A DNA stretch of 32,000 bases, from positions 480,001 to 512,000 of the forward strand of contig NC_002528.1 in assembly GCF_000009605.1 (NCBI RefSeq), in the 5' to 3' direction. The notes under the pieces were generated by a model, which saw only the letters and a list, made by a program, of their open reading frames with translations, made no database searches and was not told the origin of the DNA. The stretch is from Buchnera aphidicola str. APS (Acyrthosiphon pisum). Its GTDB lineage: Bacteria > Pseudomonadota > Gammaproteobacteria > Enterobacterales > Enterobacteriaceae. The translations under genes and the position numbers were made by a program. This document shows, piece after piece, positions 10,011 through 20,777 of this stretch. Each line of letters opens with the position of its first letter. Within the stretch, counting starts at the first letter, position 1.

Positions 10011-10601
10011 ATGACTGAAATAATCTCTACAACCATATTGCTAGTTCTAATCATGGATCCTTTAGGCAATCTTCCAATATTCATGACGATACTAAAACAC
10101 TTAGACGTAAAACGAAGAAGAATCGTAGTTATACGTGAAATGATTATAGCATTAATTGTAATGTTATTATTCTTATTTGTCGGAGAAAAGATACTTATTA
10201 TTCTGAATTTAAAAACTGAAACAGTTTCGATATCTGGAGGTGTTATTTTATTTTTAATCGCTATTAAAATGATTTTTCCTTCTGAAGATAATAATAATGA
10301 GATCTCTTCATCTGAAGAACCTTTTTTAGTACCATTAGCTATTCCTTTAGTTGCAGGACCATCTTTATTGGCAACATTAATGTTGTTATCGCATCAATAT
10401 TTACATCATATGTTTTATTTAGTGGGATCATTACTAATTTCATGGTTTTTTACTGTTATAATATTACTATCATCTAGTTTGTTCTTAAAATTATTTGGTT
10501 CAAAAGGAGTCAATGCGTTAGAACGTCTTATGGGGTTGGTGTTAATTATGCTTTCTACCCAAATGTTTTTAGATGGAATCAGAGCATGGTTTAAAAATTA
10601 A
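10011..10601 (+). CDS. yhgN: MarC-family inner-membrane protein YhgN
   Basis: 196 aa hydrophobic ORF with MDPLGNLPIFMTILKHL and PLAIPLVAGPSLLATLML. Next to asd, as in E. coli. Confidence 0.9.
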   Translation: MTEIISTTILLVLIMDPLGNLPIFMTILKHLDVKRRRIVVIREMIIALIVMLLFLFVGEKILIILNLKTETVSISGGVILFLIAIKMIFPSEDNNNEISSSEEPFLVPLAIPLVAGPSLLATLMLLSHQYLHHMFYLVGSLLISWFFTVIILLSSSLFLKLFGSKGVNALERLMGLVLIMLSTQMFLDGIRAWFKN

Positions 10602-10619
10602 AATATATTATTTTTTAAG

Positions 10620-10646
10620 AACCTGTTATTAATGGAATAACAGGTT
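10620..10646. repeat. Perfect 11-bp inverted repeat (hairpin) between yhgN and pgk
   Basis: AACCTGTTATT-AATGG-AATAACAGGTT. No T-run on either strand. Confidence 0.7.
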
Positions 10647-10714
10647 AAAATAATCGACTTAAAAATGGAATAAAAAAAATAAATTATACATAAGTAATTG
10701 TAAAAGGTATTATT

Positions 10715-11887
10715 ATGACTATAAGAAAAATGACTGAACTAAATATAACAGAGAAAAGAATTTTAATAAGAAGTGATTTAAATGTCCCTATAGAAAATGG
10801 AATTATCCAATCTGATGCTAGAATACTAGCTGCACTACCTACCATTGAATTGGCTCTTCAGAAAAAAGCTAAAGTCATTATTATGTCTCATTTAGGAAGA
10901 CCAAAAGAAGGATATTATACAAAAAAATATTCCTTATTTCCTATATTTGAATATTTTAAAAAAAAATTTAATAATACAAAAATATATTTTTCCAATAATT
11001 TTTTAGATGGTATTAAACTGAATCCAGGAGAAATCGCACTTTTAGAAAACACTCGATTCAATAAAGGTGAGTTAAACAATGACGAACAATTATCTAAAAA
11101 ATATTCTGATCTTTGCGATATATTTGTAATGGACGCATTTGGAAGTGCACATAGAATGCAATCATCTACCTATGGGATTGGAAAATTTGTTAAAATTGCA
11201 TGTGCTGGACTTCTTTTAATAAGTGAAATTGATGCTTTAAAAAAAGCATTAAAAAAACCAAAACGACCAATGGTTGCTATAGTTGGAGGCTCAAAAGTAT
11301 CAACTAAATTTAATGTATTAAATAAATTGTCTAAAATTGCAGATACAATAATAGTTGGAGGTGGTATAGCAAATACATTTTTAGCTATTGATTACAAAAT
11401 AGGAAAATCATTATATGAACCAGATTTTGTATTTGAAGCTAAAAAATTACGTGATAAATACAATATTATTGTGCCAATTGACTCTCGTGTTGGAAAAAAT
11501 TTTTGTAAGAACGAACAGGCTATAATCAAATCACCTGATAATATCAAAGAAGATGAAGAAATAATGGATTTTGGTGATGAAAGTATTAAAAAAATTATTA
11601 GTATTATTACACAATCTCAAACAATTATGTGGAACGGACCAGTTGGGGTATTTGAATTTCCAAACTTTAGAAAAGGTACTGAGATGATTGCAAAGACAAT
11701 TGCAAATAGCAATGCATTTTCTATAGCAGGAGGAGGAGATACATTATCTGTTATCGATATGTTTAATATAAAAAATAATATCTCTTATATTTCAACCGGA
11801 GGAGGAGCTTTTTTAGAATTTATAGAAGGAAAAAAACTACCTGCAATACAAATGTTAGAAGAAAATTTTAAAAATAAATCAAAATAA
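10715..11887 (+). CDS. pgk: Phosphoglycerate kinase
   Basis: 390 aa ORF: [73 protein letters not shown]. Confidence 0.98.
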   Translation: MTIRKMTELNITEKRILIRSDLNVPIENGIIQSDARILAALPTIELALQKKAKVIIMSHLGRPKEGYYTKKYSLFPIFEYFKKKFNNTKIYFSNNFLDGIKLNPGEIALLENTRFNKGELNNDEQLSKKYSDLCDIFVMDAFGSAHRMQSSTYGIGKFVKIACAGLLLISEIDALKKALKKPKRPMVAIVGGSKVSTKFNVLNKLSKIADTIIVGGGIANTFLAIDYKIGKSLYEPDFVFEAKKLRDKYNIIVPIDSRVGKNFCKNEQAIIKSPDNIKEDEEIMDFGDESIKKIISIITQSQTIMWNGPVGVFEFPNFRKGTEMIAKTIANSNAFSIAGGGDTLSVIDMFNIKNNISYISTGGGAFLEFIEGKKLPAIQMLEENFKNKSK

Positions 11888-11902
11888 TTAATAGGAAAAA
11901 CA

Positions 11903-12979
11903 TTGAATATTTTAAATGTTATTAGACCTGGTGTTATGAATGGTGACGAAGCTCGAATAGTGTTTGAGTTGGCTAAAAAAAAACAATTCGCAATACCAGC
12001 CGTGAACTGCATAGGTACTGATTCTATTAATGCTGTTTTGGAAACTGCTGCTAGAGTTAAATCTCCAATTATCATACAATTTTCTCATGGAGGAGCTTCT
12101 TTTATTGCTGGTTATAAAAAAAAACTATCAGAGAATCAAGAACAAGCAATTCAAGGCGCTGTATCTGGAGCTCAACATGTACATTTAATGGCAAAGCATT
12201 ATGAAATTCCAGTAATACTTCATACTGATCATTGTCCTAAAGAAACACTATCATGGATTGACGGACTATTAGAAGTTGGTCAAAACTATTATTTCAATAA
12301 TAATAGACCTCTTTTTACTTCTCATATGATTGATTTATCAAAAGAAAGTTTGGAAGAAAACATTAGTACCTGTAAAAAATACTTCAAAAGAATTAAGAAT
12401 ATTAATATGATGCTGGAAATAGAATTAGGATGTACAGGGGGTGAGGAAGATGGTATTGATAATACTAAGATAGATAAAAAATTACTTTATACACAACCTC
12501 AAGATGTTAATTATGCTTATGAAGAACTAAATACAATTAGTAAGAATTTTAGTATTGCGGCTTCATTCGGTAATATACATGGTGTTTATCAACCTGGAAA
12601 TATTGATTTGCGCCCTATTATCTTAAAAAATTCACAAGAATTTGTAAGTTCTAAACACAATCTAGAAAAAAATCCATTGAATTTAGTGTTTCATGGTGGT
12701 TCAGGTTCCAATTTAAAAGAAATTAAAGAATCGATTCAATATGGAGTAGTTAAAATGAATATTGATACTGATATACAATGGGCCGCATGGAAAGGTGTTT
12801 TAGATTTTTATAAACAAAATAAAGAATTTCTACAACACCAATTAGGAAATACAACTAATAAACATAAACCTAATAAAAAATACTATGATCCAAGAACGTG
12901 GATAAGAAAATCACAGGAATCAATATCAATTAGATTAGAACAATCATTTAAAGAACTAAACTCTTTTAATATTTTATAA
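11903..12979 (+). CDS. fbaA: Class II fructose-bisphosphate aldolase
   Basis: 358 aa ORF from a TTG start: IPAVNCIGTDSINAVLETAA, VILHTDHCPKE, GCTGGEEDG, LVFHGGSGS, VVKMNIDTDIQWA. Confidence 0.97.
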   Translation: MNILNVIRPGVMNGDEARIVFELAKKKQFAIPAVNCIGTDSINAVLETAARVKSPIIIQFSHGGASFIAGYKKKLSENQEQAIQGAVSGAQHVHLMAKHYEIPVILHTDHCPKETLSWIDGLLEVGQNYYFNNNRPLFTSHMIDLSKESLEENISTCKKYFKRIKNINMMLEIELGCTGGEEDGIDNTKIDKKLLYTQPQDVNYAYEELNTISKNFSIAASFGNIHGVYQPGNIDLRPIILKNSQEFVSSKHNLEKNPLNLVFHGGSGSNLKEIKESIQYGVVKMNIDTDIQWAAWKGVLDFYKQNKEFLQHQLGNTTNKHKPNKKYYDPRTWIRKSQESISIRLEQSFKELNSFNIL

Positions 12980-12997
12980 AGACTGTTAATTTTATCC

Positions 12998-13022
12998 CGG
13001 GGAATAAATAAAATATTCTCCG
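12998..13022 (+). repeat. Hairpin between fbaA and mscS
   Basis: CGGGGAATA-AATAAAA-TATTCTCCG. 9-bp stem including one G.U pair, in an otherwise very AT-rich spacer. Confidence 0.6.
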
Positions 13023-13114
13023 AAAAAACTTTATTAAAATAAATTTTATTTATTAAAATAGAAATAATTGCTAAAACTTTATTAATTATTAATAAAAAAT
13101 ATACAGAGATTAAA

Positions 13115-13960
13115 ATGGATGAATTAAATGTAGTAAATAATATCAATCATGCAGGAACTTGGTTGATACGTAATCAAGAATTATTGCTTAGATATACAAT
13201 AAATCTAACATCTGCTATTATTATTTTAGTTGTCGGAATGTTTATATCTAAAATCATATCAAATGGAGCTAATCAAGTATTAATTACTCGAAATATTGAT
13301 GCAACTATTGCAGGATTTCTTTCTGCATTAATGCGATATATTATTATTACTTTTACATTTATTGCTGCATTAGGTCGGATTGGAGTACAAACAACATCAG
13401 TAATAGCTATATTAGGAGCTGCCGGCATGGCAATAGGTTTAGCTTTACAAGGATCTTTATCTAATTTTGCAGCTGGTGTGTTATTAGTCACATTAAGACC
13501 ATTAAAAACTGAAGAATATGTCGATTTAGGAAGTGTTTCAGGAACTGTTTTAAATATTCATATTTTTTATACCACACTTCGTACTTTAGACGGTAAAATA
13601 GTAGTGGTTCCTAATAATAAAATTATTTCTGGTAATATTATTAATTATTCACGAGAACCTGCACGTCGTAATGAATTTATTATAAGTGTATCTTATAACA
13701 GCGACATCGATTTAGTAATAAAAATATTACGAAGCGTGATAGAAAAAGAAGAAAGGGTAATTAAAGATAAAGACATTATAGTTGGACTTAGTGAATTAGC
13801 TCCATCTTCTTTAAATTTTATAGTACGTTGCTGGAGTAAAAATCATGATTTAAATACAGTATATTGGGACTTAATGGCTAAATTTAAAAAAGAACTAGAT
13901 AAAAATAATATCAACATTCCTTTTCCTCAGCTAGATGTACATGTTTATAAAAAAAAATAA
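13115..13960 (+). CDS. mscS: Small-conductance mechanosensitive channel MscS (YggB)
   Basis: 281 aa ORF: [17 protein letters not shown]..., TM3-like [23 protein letters not shown]. Order pgk-fbaA-mscS as in E. coli. Confidence 0.95.
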   Translation: MDELNVVNNINHAGTWLIRNQELLLRYTINLTSAIIILVVGMFISKIISNGANQVLITRNIDATIAGFLSALMRYIIITFTFIAALGRIGVQTTSVIAILGAAGMAIGLALQGSLSNFAAGVLLVTLRPLKTEEYVDLGSVSGTVLNIHIFYTTLRTLDGKIVVVPNNKIISGNIINYSREPARRNEFIISVSYNSDIDLVIKILRSVIEKEERVIKDKDIIVGLSELAPSSLNFIVRCWSKNHDLNTVYWDLMAKFKKELDKNNINIPFPQLDVHVYKKK

Positions 13961-14018
13961 GATAATATAATCCTCAAAAAAATTCAAAAAAATTAATTAA
14001 TTTAAAAAATAAATTGCT

Positions 14019-17000
14019 ATGTTTACCATTTACAAGTCAAATTCTCTTAATACGCTACTATTAAAAGCATATCATATTATTGAAGAAAAACCTTTTTCTA
14101 ATATTTTTGAAAAAGAGATATTTATTTATGATAACAAAGTGCTATTTCAATACTTAAATATATTTATTGCTGAAAAAAAAGGTATTTCTGCTAATTTTAA
14201 ATTTTATCATCCCAATGATTTTATATGGAAATTATTTAAAATAATTTTATCTAAAAAAGAGTTAAAAAATATATTTACTCATTCTATGATTATTTGGGAA
14301 ATTATAAAAATTTTAGATAATAAAAAATTTTTTGAAAATTGCAGTAAAAAAAAAGATATGATAAAAAAATTTAAATTTTCATTTTTAATGGCCAGTATAT
14401 TTAAAAAATATATTTTATATCGTCCTGAATGGATCAATCAATGGGAAATAGAAAAAAATATATCAATTTTTGACAAAAACGAACAATGGCAAATAAAATT
14501 ATGGATGGAAATAATACATAATACAAAAAAAATAAATCAATCTAGTGATCATTTTGCTAATTTATTTTATAATATTCAGAAAATAATTAAAGAAAAAAAA
14601 ATAAAAAAAAAATATTTACCTAAACGTTTCTTTATTATTTCCTCTTTTTCAATGAATCCTTCTTATATAAAAATTTTTCAAAATATTAGTATATATACTG
14701 ATATTTATTTCTTATATATTACCCCATTTAAGAAAAATATATTTAATTTTATTCAAGATAATAAAATTTTTACAGATATAAAAATAGAAAAAAAAAATAT
14801 ATTAAATGATTCATTAATAACATTATGGGGACAATATGAAGAAATTTATTATTTTTATATTCTTAAGTCTAAAAAAAATAAAGTAATCAATTGCTTTAAA
14901 AAAAATAAAAATAAAAGTTTATTAAGTCAGATTAAAAATAATTTTTTTAACGATAGTGAATTCACACGCAAAAAAAGATTTTTAGAAATAAGTGACCATT
15001 CAATTTCTATAAATATTTGTTTTAATAAAAAAAATGAAATTGAAGTGTTATATGAAAAATTATTGATATTTCTTAATGAAAACTCATCTATAAAACCAGG
15101 TGATATAGTAGTTACTTCTTTTTCACTAGATACATATATTTCATCAATTAATTTAATATTTCAATCAATAGATAATAAAAAAACCATTCCTTTTTTTATC
15201 GCTAAAAAATCTTCTAAAACAACAGAAATAATGCTTTGGTCTTTTAAAAAAATATTAAATTTATCAAATAGTCGGTTCGAAAACGAAGAAATATTAGAAT
15301 TACTCGATGTTCCTGAAATAGCAGAAAAATTTAATTTTTCAGAAGAAGAAATAAAAATTTTATACCATTGGATAGAAGAAACAAATATTCGATGGGGTAT
15401 TAATGAAAAACATAAAAATTATTTGTTGTTTCCTAAAAATAAACAAAATACATGGTTTTACGGTATAGAAAAATTACTTCTTAGTTATGCAATGAATGAT
15501 ACAGAAAAAATTTGGAATGGTGTTTTGTCATGCAGTTTTATTAACGGTTCCAGATCGGAATTGATAGGAAAACTGATTTCATTTATAAAAATACTAGAAA
15601 AATGGCAAAAAAAACTATCAAAATTACAATACCTTACATATTGGCGTTCATTATATAGCGATTTAGTTAGTGATTTTTTTCAAAATAACACAAAAATAGA
15701 AAAATCTATTCAAATAATTCAAAAAAAATGGATAGAAATAATTGATGATAGTTTATCATCAAATTATTTAAAAAAAATTTCAATTAATATACTTAAAAAA
15801 ATTTTTTTCTATAAATATTATGATAATAATCATGAAATATTTTTACCTGGAGTAGTAAATTTTTGCTATCCTGATTCTGTATGTTATATTCCATTTAAAG
15901 TAATATGTATGATTGGAACTGATCATACAAGTATTCCGAAAACAAATTATTTAGATAACTTTAATTTATTAAAAAAGTATCCGTTAATTGGAGATATTAA
16001 TCTGTATCAAAAATATTCTTACTTGTTTGTTCAAAGCTTATCTTGTGCCGAAAAATATTTTTATATTAGTTATATCGGATATTCTGTTAAAGACGAAAGC
16101 AAAGTACATCCTTCAATTTTAGTTGATCAGTTATTAAATTATATAACATTAAATTTTTGTTTTATAGGCGATCAAAATTTAAGTTACAAAGAAAATTCTA
16201 AAAAAATCACTAAATATCTGTGCAAAAAACATAAAAAACAATTTTTCTATGAAACAAAAAATATAGAATCTTTTATACAAGATGATATAAAAAATGATTT
16301 TAAACATACAGAAAAAAATATATCTCATAAAAATTTACTAAAAAAAAATACTGATAATGAAATTAATTTGAAAGATTTGATAAATTTTTGGAAACATCCA
16401 ATACGATATTTTTATAATTCTCATTTAAAAATTAAAATTCGTCAAAAAAAACAAAAAATCAATACAACAGAAACTTTTTTAGTAAATCCATTAAATTCTT
16501 TTAAAATAAAAAATAAACTACTAGATTACATCATACATAATAAAAATATAACAAAATTATACCAACACTACCTTCTTTCTGGAAAACTACCTTATCATTT
16601 TTTCGGGGAAATATTTTGGATAAAAAATATTAAAGAAATGAAATTGATAGCAAATAAAGTAATGCAATATAGAATTGAAAAAGAAGAAAAAAAGATTAAT
16701 TTAAATATAGAAAAATACCAAATATATGGCGTTTTATCTGAAATACAAAGTACAGGGTTGCTGCGTTGGAAAACAAGCTCAATCAGATATAGCGATCGTA
16801 TTGCTTTATGGTTAGAACATTTAATTTACTCTATATTAGGAGGTTGTGGGAAAAGCAAAATAATAGGTTATAAAAGTCAAATTTGGTCTTTTTCTTCTTT
16901 AAATTCTCATAGAGCACATAGTTATCTACTAGAGTATATTAAAGGATATATAAAGGGCATGAAAGAACCTCTTTTTTTAACAAAATCAGGGGCATCTTGG

Positions 17001-17231
17001 CTTGACCAGGTTTATGATGAAAGAAATAATTGTATTAAAAATGATTATTATACAAAAATAAAAGCATATAAAAAATTATTATATACCTGGAAAGGAGATA
17101 ATTACACCGAAGGGGAACAAGAAGATTATTATTTAAAAAAAACAATTACCATATCAAATAAAAAGAACATCAAAAAAATTTGTGAGAGTGCTGAAAAGTG
17201 GCTTATTCCCATTTTAAAAAATAAAGGTTGA
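14019..17231 (+). CDS. recC: Exodeoxyribonuclease V gamma subunit RecC
   Basis: 1070 aa ORF: MFTIYKSNSLNTLLLKAYHII, KPGDIVVTSFSLDTYISSINLIF, VICMIGTDHTSIPKT. Next to recB/recD. Ends in TGA. Confidence 0.95.
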   Translation: MFTIYKSNSLNTLLLKAYHIIEEKPFSNIFEKEIFIYDNKVLFQYLNIFIAEKKGISANFKFYHPNDFIWKLFKIILSKKELKNIFTHSMIIWEIIKILDNKKFFENCSKKKDMIKKFKFSFLMASIFKKYILYRPEWINQWEIEKNISIFDKNEQWQIKLWMEIIHNTKKINQSSDHFANLFYNIQKIIKEKKIKKKYLPKRFFIISSFSMNPSYIKIFQNISIYTDIYFLYITPFKKNIFNFIQDNKIFTDIKIEKKNILNDSLITLWGQYEEIYYFYILKSKKNKVINCFKKNKNKSLLSQIKNNFFNDSEFTRKKRFLEISDHSISINICFNKKNEIEVLYEKLLIFLNENSSIKPGDIVVTSFSLDTYISSINLIFQSIDNKKTIPFFIAKKSSKTTEIMLWSFKKILNLSNSRFENEEILELLDVPEIAEKFNFSEEEIKILYHWIEETNIRWGINEKHKNYLLFPKNKQNTWFYGIEKLLLSYAMNDTEKIWNGVLSCSFINGSRSELIGKLISFIKILEKWQKKLSKLQYLTYWRSLYSDLVSDFFQNNTKIEKSIQIIQKKWIEIIDDSLSSNYLKKISINILKKIFFYKYYDNNHEIFLPGVVNFCYPDSVCYIPFKVICMIGTDHTSIPKTNYLDNFNLLKKYPLIGDINLYQKYSYLFVQSLSCAEKYFYISYIGYSVKDESKVHPSILVDQLLNYITLNFCFIGDQNLSYKENSKKITKYLCKKHKKQFFYETKNIESFIQDDIKNDFKHTEKNISHKNLLKKNTDNEINLKDLINFWKHPIRYFYNSHLKIKIRQKKQKINTTETFLVNPLNSFKIKNKLLDYIIHNKNITKLYQHYLLSGKLPYHFFGEIFWIKNIKEMKLIANKVMQYRIEKEEKKINLNIEKYQIYGVLSEIQSTGLLRWKTSSIRYSDRIALWLEHLIYSILGGCGKSKIIGYKSQIWSFSSLNSHRAHSYLLEYIKGYIKGMKEPLFLTKSGASWLDQVYDERNNCIKNDYYTKIKAYKKLLYTWKGDNYTEGEQEDYYLKKTITISNKKNIKKICESAEKWLIPILKNKG

Positions 17232-17247
17232 AAAAAAAAATAACAAT

Positions 17248-20200
17248 TTGAAAATTGATAGTTTAAAAGAAAAACTTAATATATTTAAAATACCTCTTAA
17301 TGGAATAAAATTAATCGAGGCTTCTGCAGGAACAGGAAAAACTTTTACAATAGTCCTATTATATTTGCGTTTATTATTAGGTATTGGAGAAAAAAAAATA
17401 TATAAAAAAAAACTATTAGTTCATGAAATATTGGTAGTTACTTTTACTAATAAAGCCAAAGAAGAATTGTATATACGTATCAAAGATGGAATTCAAAATA
17501 TGTATTTAACTTGTATTAATAAAACGACCTCAGATTCTTCTTTTCAGTTTTTTTTTAAAGAAATACATGATATAAAAGAAGCTATTTATGTTTTAAAAAG
17601 AGCACAAAATGACATGAATAGCTCTTCTATTTACACAATACATAGTTTTTGTCAACACATATTACAATTACATACTTTTCATTTTAATGATATTTTTGAA
17701 GAAAAAATAATTGAGAATGAAGATAATTTATATTTACAAGCGACACAAGACTTTTGGAGACGTTTTTTTTATACACTACCAGAAGATATTATCAAAATTA
17801 TCTATCAAGATTATAAAAGCCCAGACCATCTTTTAAAAACGATAAAACCATTTTTTTATATAAAATCCATTAATTTTCCTACAAAAATATTAAATAATAA
17901 AAAACTGATTATGTATCATGAAGAAAATATAAAAAAAATAATTTTTTTTAAAGAAATGTGGTTGATTTATCATAAAATAATACAAAAAACAATTAACGAT
18001 TTAGAAATCAATAAGAAAATATATAGTAAATTTAATCTAATTAAATGGATTAATAAGATAACAGAATGGGCTAAATCTGAAACTAAAGATTATACTATTC
18101 CTTCTATACTAAAATACTTTACAAAAAAAAATATAGAAAAAAATACAATCAATAATACATGTTCAAAGTATATTATATTTGAAGAAAGTGAAAAAATATT
18201 AAAAAAGAAATTTTCATTGAAAAATGTCATTATAATCTATGCTGTAAAAAAAATTCATCAGTTTCTACTTAAAGAAAAGAAAAAAAAATCATTGATAGGA
18301 TTTAATGACTTGTTAAGTATACTATTAAAAACTATAAAAAAAGAAAAATTTTTAAAAGACTTAATAATAAAAAAATATCCCGCGGCATTTATTGATGAAT
18401 TTCAGGATACTGATATTCAACAGTATAAAATATTTAATCTTTTATATAAAAAAAACAAAACAACAGTATTATTTCTTATTGGTGATCCAAAACAAGCAAT
18501 ATATAGCTTTAGAGGTGCAGATATTTTTTCTTATTTATATGCAAAATCTAAAATAAAAAAATACTATTATCTTGATACTAATTGGCGTTCTTCAATAAAT
18601 ATATGTAAAAGCATCAATTTTTTATTTTCTCAAAATATAAATCCATTTATATTTAAAAATATTCCATATATACCGGTTGTCCCTTCTAGTAAAAACTTAA
18701 AAATGAATTTTACAATTAATGATGTCGCTCAAACTCCAATTAGTTTTTTTTTACAAGAAGAAAAAGAAGTATCTATAGATGATTATCAAGTTTGGATTTC
18801 TAAACAATGTGCAAATGAAATTAGTTTTTGGTTAACTTGTGCTAAAACAGGAAAAGCAAAAATCACTACTAAAAATGGGGAAAAAATTCTTACAGCTAAC
18901 GATATCGCTATACTGGTTAGAAATAGAAAAGAAGCTGATCTTATTCAAGATGAATTAGAAAAACTTAATATAATTTCAATATATTCATCTAATAAAAATA
19001 GTGTATTTCAAACTCTTGATGCTCAAGAATTACTATGGATACTAGAATCTATTTTAGAACCCGAGAACGAAATATTATTACAACAATCAATGGCTTCACA
19101 TATTTTAAAAAAATTATCCCTTGTAGTTGAAAACAAAACAATCAGTAATAAAAACTCTTATTTTATAATAGAAAAATTATATGAATATCATGATATATGG
19201 GAAAAAATTGGCGTTTTTCAGATGATTAAAATCATGATATTAGAATATCAAAAAAACTCTTTTTGCACAGAAATTAATGAAAATCATATAAAAAATTTAA
19301 ATTTTTTACATATTGGAGAATTATTACAAGAGCAATTCCAATTTTTTCATAAAAAAATATCTTTAATTCGTTGGTTTCAAAAAAAAATATCCACAAAAAC
19401 ACAACCTGAATATAATGAAAGTATAAAGTGTTTTGATGAATCTCCATCGATTAAAATTATTACGATACATAAATCAAAAGGATTAGAATATCCTATTGTT
19501 TGGATACCTTTTAGTATAGATTTTAAAAAATCAACACTAGCTATTTATCACGATCAAAAAAGTTTAAAAACATTTTTTGATGAAAATTATAGCAATAAAT
19601 TTTTAAAAATAGCAGACGAGGAAAGGTTAGCAGAAGATATACGTTTTTTATATGTTGCACTTACAAGATCTATTCTTCATTGTAGTATTGGATTAGCTTG
19701 TTTAATAAAAAAAATAATAAAAAATAGAAATAATAGTGATATTCATCAAAGTGGTTTAGGATTCACCATACAAGGTGGAAAGACTATGAATTATGAAGGT
19801 CTGTTGGAAAAATTAAAAAAATTGAGTATTAACAATTTTATTGAAGTAAAAAATAATACAGATAATTTTAGTTTTTCTAGAAAACCACAAACTATTAGTT
19901 TAATATGTAAAAATAAATTTTTAAACAAAAAAAATATTAGAAATACTTGGAGTATAACAAGCTTTAGTCAATTAAATAAAATAAATAAATTATCAAAACA
20001 TCATCAAAAAGAAGTTGCTCTAAAAGAGTTATGTATAAAAAATCAAGAAAAAAAAAATCAATCTCTATTAACAATACATAATTTCCCAAAAGGAAAAAAA
20101 ACTGGTTTAATGATTCATTATATATTAAAAAATTTACATGTTTTAAAGAATAAAAATTCTAATTGGTTTTCTTGTATCTTAGAAAAATATAATATTCATA

Positions 20201-20772
20201 TAAAATGGACTTCCGTGTTAATATATTGGATAAAAAATATTATAAATACACCTCTTAATGATGAAAAAATTATTTTATCCAGAATAGATGAAAAATCATC
20301 TATAAGAGAACTAGAATTTTTTTTTCCGATAAAAAATATGTTATATAGTACAGAACTAAATAAAATTATTCAATCTATTAATCCAACATCTATTACTTCT
20401 CCACAATTATCTTTCAATCCAGTCAAAGGGATGTTAACAGGATTCGTTGATTTAGTTTTCATTTGGAAAAAAAAATATTATATATTAGATTATAAATCTA
20501 ATTGGTTAGGAAAAAATAATAATTTTTATTCTTCTATACATATAAACAAAGAAATAGTTAAAAAAAGATATCATCTACAATATCAAATATACACTATAGC
20601 GATTCATAAATATTTACAAAAAAAACTAAAAAACTATAATTATAAAGATGATTTTGGAGGTGTTTTTTACTTTTTTTTACGTGCTATAGATTGTCCAAAA
20701 AAGAACAATGGAATTTTTTATACTATGCCTAATTATTCTCTAATAAAAAAAACGATGACTTTAATTTCATAA
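17248..20772 (+). CDS. recB: Exodeoxyribonuclease V beta subunit RecB (helicase/nuclease)
   Basis: 1174 aa ORF from a TTG start. All SF1 helicase motifs present: EASAGTGKTFT, VTFTNKAKEEL, AAFIDEFQDTD, IGDPKQAIYSFRGAD, NWRSS, TIHKSKGLEYPIVW, FLYVALTRS. Nuclease motif GFVDLVF...YILDYKSNWLG also present. Confidence 0.98.
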   Translation: MKIDSLKEKLNIFKIPLNGIKLIEASAGTGKTFTIVLLYLRLLLGIGEKKIYKKKLLVHEILVVTFTNKAKEELYIRIKDGIQNMYLTCINKTTSDSSFQFFFKEIHDIKEAIYVLKRAQNDMNSSSIYTIHSFCQHILQLHTFHFNDIFEEKIIENEDNLYLQATQDFWRRFFYTLPEDIIKIIYQDYKSPDHLLKTIKPFFYIKSINFPTKILNNKKLIMYHEENIKKIIFFKEMWLIYHKIIQKTINDLEINKKIYSKFNLIKWINKITEWAKSETKDYTIPSILKYFTKKNIEKNTINNTCSKYIIFEESEKILKKKFSLKNVIIIYAVKKIHQFLLKEKKKKSLIGFNDLLSILLKTIKKEKFLKDLIIKKYPAAFIDEFQDTDIQQYKIFNLLYKKNKTTVLFLIGDPKQAIYSFRGADIFSYLYAKSKIKKYYYLDTNWRSSINICKSINFLFSQNINPFIFKNIPYIPVVPSSKNLKMNFTINDVAQTPISFFLQEEKEVSIDDYQVWISKQCANEISFWLTCAKTGKAKITTKNGEKILTANDIAILVRNRKEADLIQDELEKLNIISIYSSNKNSVFQTLDAQELLWILESILEPENEILLQQSMASHILKKLSLVVENKTISNKNSYFIIEKLYEYHDIWEKIGVFQMIKIMILEYQKNSFCTEINENHIKNLNFLHIGELLQEQFQFFHKKISLIRWFQKKISTKTQPEYNESIKCFDESPSIKIITIHKSKGLEYPIVWIPFSIDFKKSTLAIYHDQKSLKTFFDENYSNKFLKIADEERLAEDIRFLYVALTRSILHCSIGLACLIKKIIKNRNNSDIHQSGLGFTIQGGKTMNYEGLLEKLKKLSINNFIEVKNNTDNFSFSRKPQTISLICKNKFLNKKNIRNTWSITSFSQLNKINKLSKHHQKEVALKELCIKNQEKKNQSLLTIHNFPKGKKTGLMIHYILKNLHVLKNKNSNWFSCILEKYNIHIKWTSVLIYWIKNIINTPLNDEKIILSRIDEKSSIRELEFFFPIKNMLYSTELNKIIQSINPTSITSPQLSFNPVKGMLTGFVDLVFIWKKKYYILDYKSNWLGKNNNFYSSIHINKEIVKKRYHLQYQIYTIAIHKYLQKKLKNYNYKDDFGGVFYFFLRAIDCPKKNNGIFYTMPNYSLIKKTMTLIS

Positions 20773-20777
20773 AAAAT

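Noticed and set aside
11785-13491. Minus-strand ORFs 11785-12075, 12883-13146 and 13273-13491
   Set aside because: They are antisense to pgk/fbaA/mscS, whose reading frames are clearly coding. No independent support.
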